A stretch of 63,363 bases of DNA, filler included, from Bigelowiella natans CCMP2755 (lineage: Eukaryota; Protista; Cercozoa): assembly GCA_000320545.1 (NCBI GenBank). It is 5 parts of 5 records of this genome, joined end to end, with 100 filler letters (N's around TTAATTAATTAA, not from the genome) between each part and the next. Parts side by side here need not be neighbours in the genome. Positions count along the whole stretch, not along the records: positions 1 to 16,552 come from ADNK01001880.1; positions 16,653 to 21,310 come from ADNK01003218.1; positions 21,411 to 49,999 come from ADNK01001992.1; 2 more parts are not named here. One strand, written 5' to 3'. The notes below the pieces were generated by a model. The model was given only the letters and a program-made list of their open reading frames with translations, was not told the DNA's origin and made no database searches. The position numbers and the translations under genes were made by a program. The number at the start of each line of letters is the position of its first letter. Position 1 is the stretch's first letter. This document shows, piece by piece, positions 13,395-25,759 of this stretch.

Positions 13395-14984
13395 ATGAGC
13401 GGCGGCGGCGGAGATAATAGTAAGTTTGCTGGCAATGAACAGCAGAAGGACACGCGGACAGGCAACATTACCGCTGCTAAAGCCGTGGCAAACTGCATTC
13501 GAACCAGTCTGGGACCTAAAGGCATGGACAAGATGATCACTACGTCTAATGGAGAGGTGACCATCACCAACGATGGAGCGACTATTTTGGGTAAGATGGA
13601 AGTACAGCATCCTGCCGCTAAGATGCTTATGGATTTATCCTGTGCCCAAGACGTGGAGGCTGGGGACGGAACAACAAGCGTTGTGGTCATTTGTGGAGCT
13701 CTTCTAAGCGCTGCTGAGCGTTTACTCTCGAGAGGCCTTCACCCAAGTGTGGTTTCCAAAGCTTGGCAAAAAGCTGCCGCAGAAGCTGAAAAAATCCTCA
13801 AGAAGACGGCTATTCCAATCGATTTAGCTGATAGGGACAACCTGATAAAGACTGCTACGACGTCATTAAACTCGAAGGTTATTGGTGGGTACTCCCAGGC
13901 TCTCGCACCTCTTGCTGTGGATGCTGTGCTGAGTGTTTGTGAAGACCTCAAAACCTCCAACAATGTTGATCTAAACGATATCAAGATTGTTAAGAAGATG
14001 GGAGGAACATTGGATGATACTGAGTTGGTTCTCGATGGTCTCGTGCTTGACCAGGGATGTGTGAAGGGGGCCGGTGGACCTACCAGCATGAAGGATTGTA
14101 AGATCGGTCTCATCCAGTTTTGCCTTTCCGCACCAAAAACCGATATGGAAAACCAGGTGATTGTGGCGGATTCTGCTCAGATTGACAGGATCTTTAGAGA
14201 GGAAAGGCGTTACATATTGAAGATGATCAAGAAGATTGTGAAATCTGGATGTAATGTGCTCCTTGTGCAAAAATCTATCTTGCGTGACGCTACCGCCCAG
14301 CTTTCGCAGCACTACCTCGCGAAGAAAAAGATCATGCTCATCCAGGATATTGAAAGGAAGGACATAGAATTCATTTCGAAGTCTCTTGGGTGCAAACCCA
14401 TCGCTCACATCGATGCGTTCACCCCAGATATGCTTGGAAGTGCAAAGTCGGTCTCAGAGGACCTTTCAGGAACTGGCAAGATCATTCGTATCTCTGGAGT
14501 CAAAAACCCGGGGAAGGCAGCGACTATTCTGCTGAATGCCTCCAACAGACTAGTCTTAGATGAGGCAGATAGGTCCCTGCACGATGCGCTTTGCGTGGTA
14601 AGATGCTTGGTGAAGATGCGCTCGATGATCGCAGGTGGAGCTTCTGTCGAAGCTGAACTAACCCATCAGCTCGGAAAACTCGCGCAGACAATGGGTGGTG
14701 TCGATGGATATTGCACGAAGGCATTTGCAGAGGCTCTTGAAGTCATTCCTTACACTCTTGCTGAAAACGCAGGACTCCATCCTATCAAGATGGTCACCAA
14801 GCTGAGAAAGGCACACGCAGAGGGAAAGAAGTACGCTGGTATCAATATCAAGAAAGGATGTATCAGTGATATGGTAGAGGAGAATGTCTTGCAGCCACTT
14901 CTAGTGAATATTAGTTCCATTAAATTGGCAACCGAGACTGTCCAAGCAATCCTGAAGATTGACGACGTAGTTCCCATCCGATAA
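13395..14984 (+). CDS. CCT4: T-complex protein 1 subunit delta (chaperonin CCT4), coding sequence intronless
   Basis: Single ORF with RTSLGPKGMDKM, ITNDGATIL, QDVEAGDGTTSVV, the delta-type KIGLIQFCLSAPKTDMENQ and SLHDALCVVRCLV, and C-terminal ILKIDD. Probable start ATG at 13395 within ORF 13203-14984. Confidence 0.96.
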   Translation: MSGGGGDNSKFAGNEQQKDTRTGNITAAKAVANCIRTSLGPKGMDKMITTSNGEVTITNDGATILGKMEVQHPAAKMLMDLSCAQDVEAGDGTTSVVVICGALLSAAERLLSRGLHPSVVSKAWQKAAAEAEKILKKTAIPIDLADRDNLIKTATTSLNSKVIGGYSQALAPLAVDAVLSVCEDLKTSNNVDLNDIKIVKKMGGTLDDTELVLDGLVLDQGCVKGAGGPTSMKDCKIGLIQFCLSAPKTDMENQVIVADSAQIDRIFREERRYILKMIKKIVKSGCNVLLVQKSILRDATAQLSQHYLAKKKIMLIQDIERKDIEFISKSLGCKPIAHIDAFTPDMLGSAKSVSEDLSGTGKIIRISGVKNPGKAATILLNASNRLVLDEADRSLHDALCVVRCLVKMRSMIAGGASVEAELTHQLGKLAQTMGGVDGYCTKAFAEALEVIPYTLAENAGLHPIKMVTKLRKAHAEGKKYAGINIKKGCISDMVEENVLQPLLVNISSIKLATETVQAILKIDDVVPIR

Positions 14985-16474
14985 TACTTACACTACTTTT
15001 AAAAATAGCATCTACATCATAAGGGCCCCTCATCACTGTCATTACCACATTGATATTGATGTCTTATTTCAATCTGTAACTAAGAAACACTATAAGCTCG
15101 CTTGCAGCTAGAACATGAAGCGAGCTCGATGATCTCGTTTCCATTTCAACTGCTACGTGTTCGTCTATCTTGCTGCGCATGCGAGCTGAGCTGCGAAACG
15201 AAGCAGTATTAGCTAGCTAGCTAGGCTGCGCGTAGCGTTGCCGGAATGCACGAGCAGAAGGCGGGCTACGTTTGTTATCTTTTGAATTGCACATTTTGTC
15301 AAATTGTTTAATGATCGTTGAATGTTTCATCATCATGTTCATTCGCAACATGCAAGTACTTATCGATGCGCTGTGGCAGTCTAGCAGTGAGCTGGTTCCT
15401 GCAGCAGCAGGGGCGTTGATGCTGTGGTTGCGTGCTGGAATGCCCCCTGCTAGCTAGCTAGCCTGTTCACCACTCCAGCTGGCACTCTCGCCGATCACAC
15501 AGTCACAGTGACACTGTCAGTGAGGTTGTCACTAATCCCGGCCATGTTCAGCTGATCATCACAGAGTCTAGCAAACTGGCGGGGTTCGTGCAAATTGGCA
15601 CGAAGTGAACATTGAATGCATCACAACCAACAAGCAGCCAAGTGACGACAACGCAAAGCATCCATCCTGAGCAGGAACTTCCTGACAGCCACGTCCACAC
15701 GGAGATCAACGTTGGGGACAACCGATGGGGGCGCCGAGCAAGACTCTGGTCTTTGCAGAGTCAGGGGGGCATAAAAAACAAAGAGCAAGCAGGGAGATGC
15801 AGGGCCACGTGGAGGCAAGGTCCCTGTGAAATGAGCCCTCCAAAACGGAAAACCAAAGAGAAAAATCGGAGAACAGATCAGAAATGACAATTCTGGGTCA
15901 TTTCCCCGGTGCTCGGAAACTCGATCATGTGGTGAAATTCCCATGGTATTTCCCAAGAGCGACAAGGACCATTTCATCCAATCTGTGTTAAAACCCTTTC
16001 TTTCGCTACGACCTTCACCGGCCGAGCGCGCCGCCCCTCCCTCTGTGCGTTGCCATCTAGGAAAAACAATGGGAAAACATGAACATTTTGTGGTCTGGGG
16101 TGAGGGAGTATGTCTAGCGGCTACGTGTTGCATCATGGGCATGGGGTGGGATGGTGTTGTTGACGCATGTGTCGCTGGTTTGAATTGCTAATGGTAGCGC
16201 GCTTGAGAAGAACTCGACTATTTGCCTGCTTCTAGGAACTCGTATCGCAGCTTTATAGAAACAGGCTAAGGCCTACCGTGGACGTTCTTGCTGGTTCGCA
16301 GAATTCCAACTTCTTTCTGTCTTTGGGATGTTCTTTCTCACGTGGATCGGCCTCGGGGTTCTATGGATTGCCATTGCTATCTCCGAGTTACGCGAAACGA
16401 AACGTCGCACAACAGAAGATGACTGGGAATGGGAGAGGTGGCGTTAGCTATATAAATGTACACAATATATAAAC

Positions 16475-16537
<63 letters not shown>

Positions 16538-16552
16538 GAGGGAGGGGGGGTA

Positions 16553-16652
16553 NNNNNNNNNNNNNNNNNNNNNNNNNNNNNNNNNNNNNNNNNNNNTTAA
16601 TTAATTAANNNNNNNNNNNNNNNNNNNNNNNNNNNNNNNNNNNNNNNNNNNN
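16553..16652. other. Scaffold gap with TTAATTAATTAA linker
   Basis: N-run, 12-nt linker, N-run; identical layout at four sites. Confidence 0.98.
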
Positions 16653-16709
16653 GTATTCTGTTGTGCTGCTGTGCGATGTTTCGCCTATGTAGGGGACCGT
16701 CCAATAGTT

Positions 16710-16757
<48 letters not shown>

Positions 16758-16824
16758 ATAATACATTTATATCAATCGAAACAAATCAGATAGGACCTAG
16801 TCATCACAACCACATCACCATCAC

Positions 16825-16856
<32 letters not shown>

Positions 16857-17577
16857 GCACCATCATCACAACAAACAATTTGTTAGGTCGGCAGTCACAG
16901 ACGAAATAGTGAAAGCATACTGCGCTGTTCGAAAGATAAACTTCTAGCCTGTTGACTTATGCATGCAGAAGTATGCACTTGCTCAGTGCCAACATCTAAA
17001 TCACTGCATCAAGATGCTTTAGCGATTGTTCAATTATCTCTAGCATATGTGTGTATCCACCACATGTGAGCGAGCTCGCGAGCTCGGCGCACTCTAGCTC
17101 TCGTGCCTGGATGTAATGATGCTGGAATGCATGCAGCTGCGCTGGTTTTCGCAATGACTTAAAAACAGTACGTCGATGATGCAAATTCGCTACAAGCAAT
17201 ACAGCAACTCTCGATCTAGACTCTACTAGTCTAGCACTAGAGCAAAACACACCGTAGCATTGCATGCGGCAGACGCATCACACCACGCACTAGCACATGC
17301 TAGTATGCCATGCATGCATGATAGAAATCTCGCTCATTTACAACTAGCTATGTGTACATGCTGTCATCCTAGCGCGCATAGCACACAGCTAGAAAGTTGT
17401 ACATGCTAGCATGCCATAATGTCTTTAAGTTCTAGAAGAATTTGTGTAATCCTTGTTTGCACTTGCTACTCACGCCACGCGCAGGAGTAAAATGCACGCA
17501 GCGGACCGGATGTTTAATGACACATAGTAAATTTTCCTGATCCACCTTTTCTCCACACACTTCACATTGACTGCGAT

Positions 17578-17808
17578 CTATTTCCAGGCTGAGGGGGCGG
17601 GTTCAATTCTAAGACAAGCCTTGGAGATAGTATTCCTATTGCAAGGGCTGCTCCATGAGATGCTGAGGAGTTGTTGTCCTCGTGTTCTTCCAAGGATGAT
17701 ACCCCTGCTTTTTCAACAATCATTATGTCATTTACTCAGTAGTTTTCGAGGGGAGGGGACGGTTACATGTGAAGGAACCAAACGAACCGCGCACCGAAGC
17801 ATGTTGTA

Positions 17809-17842
<34 letters not shown>

Positions 17843-19509
17843 CGACGACGAAGAGAAACTATCTTTGTGCATATCACACACGCCGATATGAACAAATACA
17901 ACCCTATATATTATCACGCATCACATTGTGCATTCACGACTTGGAGGAGTAGAACTATGCTCGATCATTACCATGGGATCTTCCTTCAGAAAGAACAGCG
18001 TGTCGGTGCTCGTAGGAACGACTACTTCTTCTTCTACATTTGTTTTCATTAAAATTATCGCCTCCCCGAACCCCCGCAGCTCTCGAAGCAGCCCCCCCCC
18101 CATTGTTCACTTTAGCGTTAGAACTAAGGGGCGTCATCTGTGTAGCATTCATTCCGCTACTACTCTCTCCATTAGACTTTTTATCGTTCTTAGTAATTCC
18201 ATCATCGTACGTTCTTGCTGCTGATCTTTGGTGAGGGTGAGAATTTGACTGTATCGGCCTCACTGTCTTTTTGCTATTAATAGATTCAAGACTGAGGCGG
18301 CTGGCGAGGGGGGGGGGGGCTATTGCCTTGTAGCCAGAGCAGAAGAGATAAAAGCGGCGTACATCGTTGTGCATTAGGATCCCCAACATAATGAAGTAAA
18401 GCACGGATAATAACCCAATCTGATAATAGTGGTGGTGGAGGGGGAGGGGGGGGGAGGTATGTAAATTTACAGCTATGATGATGCCGGCAATGGTAATGAT
18501 GATAATGATGATGATGATGATGATGATGATTATGATTATGAAGGGGTTGGTTGCTGTGATAGTAATCTGGATCGTTCTGTCGCATTCTTCTGCTCGTTTG
18601 CATTCACAAAGTACAGCACATACGATAATGACTGCGAAGTTGGAGGAGACATCCGAGACGTTGGTGTAGACCAGATATATCTAAGCAGCCAAATGTAGCA
18701 TCATGGAGAGATAGAGCATCTTTCAAACTCGAATTTACATCGCTCAATACTAGATTTCTTTCTCTAGCTTGATCCCCGCCCTCCCGTAGAGGACCCCCCC
18801 CCCCCCCCCCCTCTCTCTGCATTTCTCGATACACGTAGCGTGAAATGAGAGAGCAGCTTGGTTTGTTTCGATTACATAGACAAGATTACAAGTACCTACA
18901 TGCATGGATATTCATATAAAACAAGTGCTTACGTTAATGATGAATATAGCAATTGCGAGGCTCCATCCAATAACTGCATACATTATTCGCGAACAAGGCA
19001 TCACGATGATGATGATGATGATGATGATAATGATAAGATATAGGATCATCATTTATTTCTAATGCCGCCTCCTTCTTCTTCCTGGAATAGCACTGTTATT
19101 GTTGTTGGTTGGTTTGGTAGATAGATAGTTAATAGCAGTACGATTTGTAAGGAATGAATTCGCAAATTCCCCCATGAGCGCCGTGTTTGATGTGAAATGA
19201 AGCACCTACAATGCCAATAGTAGTAGCAGTAGTAGTAGTAGTTGTAGTAGTAGTAGTTGGGACAATTATAGTGGTAGTAGTAGTGGTAGTAGTAGTAGTA
19301 GTAGTTGTTGTTGTTGTTGTTCTTAAATCGTAAACAGAGAACGAGGGGGGGGAGATTGAGGGGGATGAGGGGAAGATGAGGAGGAGGAGGAGGAAGAGGA
19401 GGAGGAGGAGGAGGAAAGCTCTTCATTAGCCATCACCACCACCACCACCACCACCTCCACCACATACCAGCTCTTAATGTATTCCGACAACTGGGACTAC
19501 AACCACGAT

Positions 19510-19545
<36 letters not shown>

Positions 19546-19712
19546 CACGATTACTACTGCATGATATTACCGGAATAACAGCGAAGGGTAGTTGCACGCT
19601 TTGCAGCACGTTTAGAAGCTCATCAAGCTTATCCTCAGCGCCTTAGGATGTTTGCAGTAGTAGTCGCAGTAGTAGTTGTTACAGTAGTACCCACACAGAC
19701 AGCTACACGCAC

Positions 19713-19746
<34 letters not shown>

Positions 19747-19829
19747 TAGAATTGATATTGTATTTACGCAACGCATGCGTTTTCTCTCAAAGAACAAATG
19801 GGATTGGGTAGAGCGCGAAATAAAACAAA

Positions 19830-19864
<35 letters not shown>

Positions 19865-20249
19865 TGCAAATACCAGGAATCGATTTGGTTGCAAGGGCCA
19901 CTAGCACCTAGCAGAGGCCATATGGTAACACCAAACAATACAAGTTGGGTACTGAGGCTCACGGAAGGTAAATCAGATGATGGAGAGGAGGAGGAAGGAG
20001 GAGAAGAGGAAGAAGCTGAAGAATACATTTGCTATCATAAGCAAAGCTCTATGTGTTTTACATGAAAAAGTACTGCTACGACTGCATCTATTACGAACAA
20101 TAAGAATGACAAATGATAATGATATTAGATCTACTACTAAACAGACTGACAATACACGCACGTACAGCAGGGCCCAGCGCAACTGACCGAGTAAGAGCTA
20201 CCTATAGTAGTATTAAACAACCAATACACATATGTTGTATAAAAAGAGA

Positions 20250-20293
<44 letters not shown>

Positions 20294-21136
20294 AAGAGAG
20301 ACGGCAACCATGAAGTTGATGATGTTAATAATCTCTCGTCATGCTGCCCTTTCCTTCGATTCGTCATCTTCTTTTTCTTCATCATCATCATCATCTTCTT
20401 CTTTTTCTTCTTCTTCTTCTTTTGCTAGCAGTTCGTGACTTAGCACCCTTTGCCACGACGGCAGCTTTAGACTCAAGAACCCTTCCATAACAAATTGCCC
20501 TGCAAAGGTTCCTGCAAAGGCAGCAGCAGTATGGTATGGTGTTTTGTTATTATCAGAGGAGAGATGGGGACGATCATGTGTATATTCGGGGCCAACCAAG
20601 CACAGCATATGAGTGTCGCATTCTTACACGGCAGCGACGTAATCGGTCATCTTGCATGGATGACGTGTGTATTATATTATTTATCATCAATACACGCGTT
20701 AAGCTTCTTTCCCAACTTATCAGCATGAAACATCGAGCAACCAATCAAGTGACCGCCAACATAGCAAACAACGACAACAACAACAACAACAGCAGCAGCA
20801 GCACTGACCTGTCATCGTTGATGCTTGCCCAGCCGCTAGTAGTCCGATCGCCCAAATGGTCTTTGCATAAGATCCTATTATCACCACCACCAGCACATTG
20901 TACATATAACATATCAAACAACAACAACAACTACTACTACTACAACAGGAGGTTGGCACGCTCTTGCACAAAACTAGATTATTTAGTGATGATAAATGAT
21001 GATGCTTTATGTAAGGCAATAATCATCCTCCTCCTCCTCCTCCTCCTTCTTCTTCTTCTTCTTCTTCTACTACTACTACAACTGCTACGAGTTAGAGTAG
21101 TTCAGCACCTAATGCTATTTCGAGTGCATCCCCAGC
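17578..21136 (-). CDS. NRAMP-family divalent metal (Mn/Fe) transporter, C-terminal half; multi-exon
   Basis: Joined exons: AGDALEIALG|SYAKTIWAIGLLAAGQASTMTG|TFAGQFVMEGFLSLKLPSWQR|VALTRSVALGPA|...LNVLQSVQLPFAVIP|VLHFTSNTALMGEFAN, which contains the NRAMP consensus transport motif. N-terminal half (DPGN motif) not seen; 3' end approximate. Confidence 0.92.
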
Positions 21137-21310
21137 CTGCAGCACAAACCACAACGGCCAACAACATATTATGCTATATATATATATATATATATATTTA
21201 TTTATTTATTTGTACAAGCGGGATAGCAAGGTCTATGTACAAGTGGCCCACGTGCATTAACAACTACAATATATAAATAATCGCGAGAGAGAGAGAGAGA
21301 GAGAGAGAGA

Positions 21311-21410
21311 NNNNNNNNNNNNNNNNNNNNNNNNNNNNNNNNNNNNNNNNNNNNTTAATTAATTAANNNNNNNNNNNNNNNNNNNNNNNNNNNNNNNNNN
21401 NNNNNNNNNN
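21311..21410. other. Scaffold gap with TTAATTAATTAA linker
   Basis: N-run, linker, N-run. Confidence 0.98.
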
Positions 21411-21695
21411 CCCCCCCCTAAAAAACTATTCCCCCCCCCCCGCCACAAAAAATGCACCCCCCCCCCTCCATACTAACGGCGAGGATGATGATGATGATGA
21501 CGACGATGATGATGACGATGATGATGATGATGATGATGATGACGAGGAGGATGGATTGTTATTTTTATAGCCACGGTTATTTTGTTTCTCTTTACATGTT
21601 CTCCATCATCCTCATCATCATCATCATCATCATCATCATCGTCATCATCATCATCGTCATCATCATCATCATCATCGTCATAGCCATTACGATTG

Positions 21696-21894
21696 ATGCA
21701 GGTACGCGTACGAAAGAGAATTCCTCAGCGATAGTCTGGAAACAAAGCAACAAAGCCATACCACACTCATTCAAAGTTTTACATCAGAGCACACACGCAC
21801 ACACGCACACACACATAGGCGAGAAGGTAGGGGAGGATAGAGAGGGAAAGAATCGATACTATGCTGAACTTTTATATATATACATTATATATAC

Positions 21895-21938
<44 letters not shown>

Positions 21939-22628
21939 TTGAGTAGATATGGTGAGTAATGTTGGGGAATTATATATATATATATATATGAACAACCTGG
22001 CCGTCATCCGATAACACAAACTCAATGAACGACTTGAGAAGCTGCCCATTCTGTTCTGCAATAGCCAGCAGAGATCATTGCTCCTCATCAATAATACATT
22101 AGGGTGGAGTAATCGAAACCATAATCATCCAAGCGGCGTGTGCTATGAACAACTCGTAGTAATCTAGTAGCGCGCGCGCGCGCGCGTGTGTGTGTGCGTG
22201 TGCGTGTGTGTGTGCGTGCGTGCGTGTGTGAGTGTGTGCGTGTGTGTGTGTGTGTGTGTTTGTTTGTTTTCGCCTATCTGCTAACAACCGACCCTTTAAG
22301 GTGAGATTCTGCTCCACGTACATGTAGCTCATGAGAGTGATTGGCCACGTGTTGGTCCCCTCTTTATCAAGACTAGAAGGAACAAACGCACCACCACAAA
22401 ACGACCGAATAATCAGATACGCAACCCTATATCATCCCCACGTAGCGTAGAAGTGAAAGGAGAGGAGGAGGAGGAGGAGGAGGAGGGGGGGGGGGAGACG
22501 GCCACACTGGCTGAAGTTACGATGTTTCAGTGACAGCAACTACGTACGAACAATGACAAGAGCGGCAGCCCATCGATGTGAAACAACGGTTGATATCTAC
22601 CCTCGCATCATGGCGACTGACCATGTCG

Positions 22629-22672
<44 letters not shown>

Positions 22673-23760
22673 ATCGTTGGACATGGCTCTTTGTTGTCGG
22701 CATTTTGTTCCCCATTTTTGATGGCTGTGGCTAATTTACTTACAGAGAGACTTGAGCGAAGCTCTGAGTCGCGATTGATGGGAGACCACCTACATCAAGT
22801 TCAACCACAGGCAAGGGTTTCATCAAAGAGAGACCCGTATCATCATCATCATCATCAGCAGCAGCAGCAGCAGCATCAGTATCGTCACCATTCATCATCG
22901 CTTCGATCATATTATACATTATTCGCAATCACAAAACACAACCCCCATCCGTAACACGCATACCTTGTGCAGGGGTCTGTGAGAGAGCCGCAGTAGCAGC
23001 TGCTCCAAGGTCAGCTTCTTTTGAGTCGAGGAATCGCTGCAATATATTTACGGCGACGTAGTAGCGGCAATATGCGAGGAATTATTGTCCAAAACAAACA
23101 CAGCACCAACGGCATGACGAAATGAACCGGGTTGGTTCTCCGTGAAAGGAAATCAGAACGTTTCTGTGGAAAAATAATTTCTCGCCCCGTTTTTTACTTC
23201 TTCCCCCCCCCCCTCCCGCTTCGCTCTTCCTGACCCCGGCTCTGTTCTTCAGCTTGATCTCCTGGAGGCCAAGACGATGGCCAAATCCAGAATCGATGTA
23301 TCTGAATGTTGTGTCATTGTTGTTATTATTGGAAGGTATTATGTAGCAAATATCGTTTGAAGTCTTTATTATTATTATTATTTTTATTAATATTATTATT
23401 ATATCAGCAGCAGCATGTCCTCCTCCTCTCTCCCCCCCACTCCTCACCCGATGGAATAATCAGTCGATGAGATGCCAGATGACACTCCGCCACTTCCCGA
23501 TCTGGGTTGAAATCCAGACCTGCTCGTGTATGTGATAAGTAGTGCAAATAAGAGCTGTCAATCCCGATGATGAAATCGATATTAATGGCATTGGTGTGCA
23601 TCATCAAATGAAGAATGATGAAGGAGAAAATGATGAAGATGATGGTATAACAAGGATGAACCTATAATGATGGTGAGGAACAACGAGCATGGCACAATGA
23701 ATTTCCTCCTCCCCTTCTATCCACGCCCTCTCCCCAACCCCCTTTTTCCCCCCCCCCCCC

Positions 23761-23802
<42 letters not shown>

Positions 23803-23809
23803 CTGTCTC

Positions 23810-23849
<40 letters not shown>

Positions 23850-24711
23850 ATACGTTGTCGGCCAGTTGATTGTGCTTCCAGAGCCATGGGTCCACAACTG
23901 TGGGCAGTTGTCTTCAGCGGCAGAGGTTCGTTGCTCAAGGTATCTTAATTAACAAAACAACAAAGCGAAACAGACGACCATGGACAAGAACAGCTTACTC
24001 AGCACCAACTACATTAATCTAAGCAACACTCTTCCCAACAAGATCAACGAGCCAGTTATATATCCCAGTAGCGGCAGCAGCAGCATTTCAAGTCTTTGTG
24101 TAGTCTTTACACGTGCTATATCATTCATTGTGCTCGTTACTTTGTGACTCCAGTAGTAGAGGAAGAGCCTCTAATTCGGTGGAAGACCTGGGAGAAGAAG
24201 GGAAGTTGGGTTCATTTCCATCATAGCAGCGTTGTTTGTTAGTCAGTGCTTCTACTGCTAGCACTCACGGCCACAGCTACTGCTACTATCACCCTTATCT
24301 TTGCTTAATTGCCAACACCAACACCTACTCTACTGCGATTGTCTGTCGCTGCTACTTACTACCGTGATCGGCGAGCCTGCGGGAACAGAAAGGCTTGGAT
24401 TTAATGCCAGAATTGCCGGGTGGTCCCACGTCGTATAGTTGCCCTACACATCACACCAGAAGTATGGGCACGAGTCGGATTTATCGCGCGAAAGTAAGTT
24501 GAAGGGGGGTGGGGGGGGTGAGGAAATAAACGCAAAACAAAATAACTGCTGACACCTGACACACGCCATTGGTTAACGAAGGATAAAGTACAGGTATAGA
24601 AGAACGAATACGACACTGATAATCACATTGAAAATTCCTGCCAGAGCACAAGCGTCCAGGTCCAACGGCTGCCCTCCTAAGTCCGCGGCAGGAATGCTGA
24701 TAGACGCCGGT

Positions 24712-24755
<44 letters not shown>

Positions 24756-25759
24756 GTGTGTGTGTGTGTAGCAAGTTAGGAAGATAGCCAGGAGTCTCGC
24801 AGAACGGCATGACAAATGATAAAAAAAAGGGCTGTTCATATTTATAGTGCGAATAACATGTTTACATGCTTCTCCATTATTCCTTACTTGTAGAAGATAG
24901 AGACGCCACCGATCACGAAGGGAATGTGCACCATCACACGTCCCCCTATAATGATGATTTTAAGACGTGTTCATAGTAAGAAATCGTACATCAAAGCTCA
25001 CGCAGAAGCTGTGGAAGAAATGAGAAAGACATGCTGCCCTTCCTACCTGCCCCTGTGACGTTGTTGTATCGCGCCTGTGTCATTGGAATGTCCCCAGCTC
25101 TGTGTGGCCGCCATGGTAATACAACAAAACAGTGAGGGATGAGCTGCATCGGTGGATATTGCAGTGTTGCGAGATCTGCATTTCCAAGAATCCTATATTT
25201 TACCCGAAATCGGTGTAGGCAACGTTGCCGTTGTTCTCCCCTTGAAACTCACGCTGGCCTAAGGAAAAAGTGGAAGTGTGAAGATGAACGATGAGCCTTC
25301 CTCGGCAGAGGCCCGGTTACGACCAAAGATCATTTTTTACCCGTCGAGGATCCTACAGCGCGGTAGGTCATACGGATATCCTGGCGAGCTGATCGATAAA
25401 ACAACCATTGATCGAAGTTCGCGATGGCTGAAAATCGCTTTTCGAGACCGTCTCTCGAATGATGAATACCTCTCTCCTCGAAAAGATCCATGACTTTCCA
25501 AAAGAAAGGAGACGGATTGGTAGTTCCTACCAATTATGTGTTGAATACGTTAATTTCGGCGGGTTTGGATAGACTAATGGGAACTCGTACCACTTCCGTG
25601 GATTGTTGGATGCTCTTCATGCTCATCTCCTAGCACGTGCCCAGAGAATCCTTCATGCATTTACAGTAGAAAGAGCTTGTTTGAGGCATTTGCATGATTT
25701 ACCAACAGAGCAAAGAAGATGCAACAGAGGCCCGGCAAATCAATCTTGACTTTGGCCAT
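21696..25759 (-). CDS. Secreted PstS-like phosphate-binding protein (periplasmic binding protein fold); about 16 short exons, 3' end unresolved at gap
   Basis: Signal-peptide-like MAKVKIDLPGLCCIFFALL, then IHGSG|TTNPSPFFWKVMDLFEER|ARQDIRMTYRAVGSSTG|QREF..TDFG|AGDIPM|..HIPFVIGGVSIFYN|..GIFN|GNYTTWDHPAILALNP..PIT|VFHRIRGSSSTT|..GSGGVSSGISSTDYSIG|YIDSG..LKNRAG|..TWPITLMSYMYV..|LLKSFIEFVLSDDGQ|TIAEEFSFVR. Motif order is colinear with bacterial PstS. Confidence 0.88.

Noticed and set aside
15621-16430. Possible minus-strand gene end next to the first gap
   Set aside because: Splice-like boundaries exist but no consistent frame or family could be established.
16597-16608. TTAATTAATTAA palindrome repeated four times in the window
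   Set aside because: Always centred in a 100-nt N gap; it is an assembly linker with stops in all frames, not biology.
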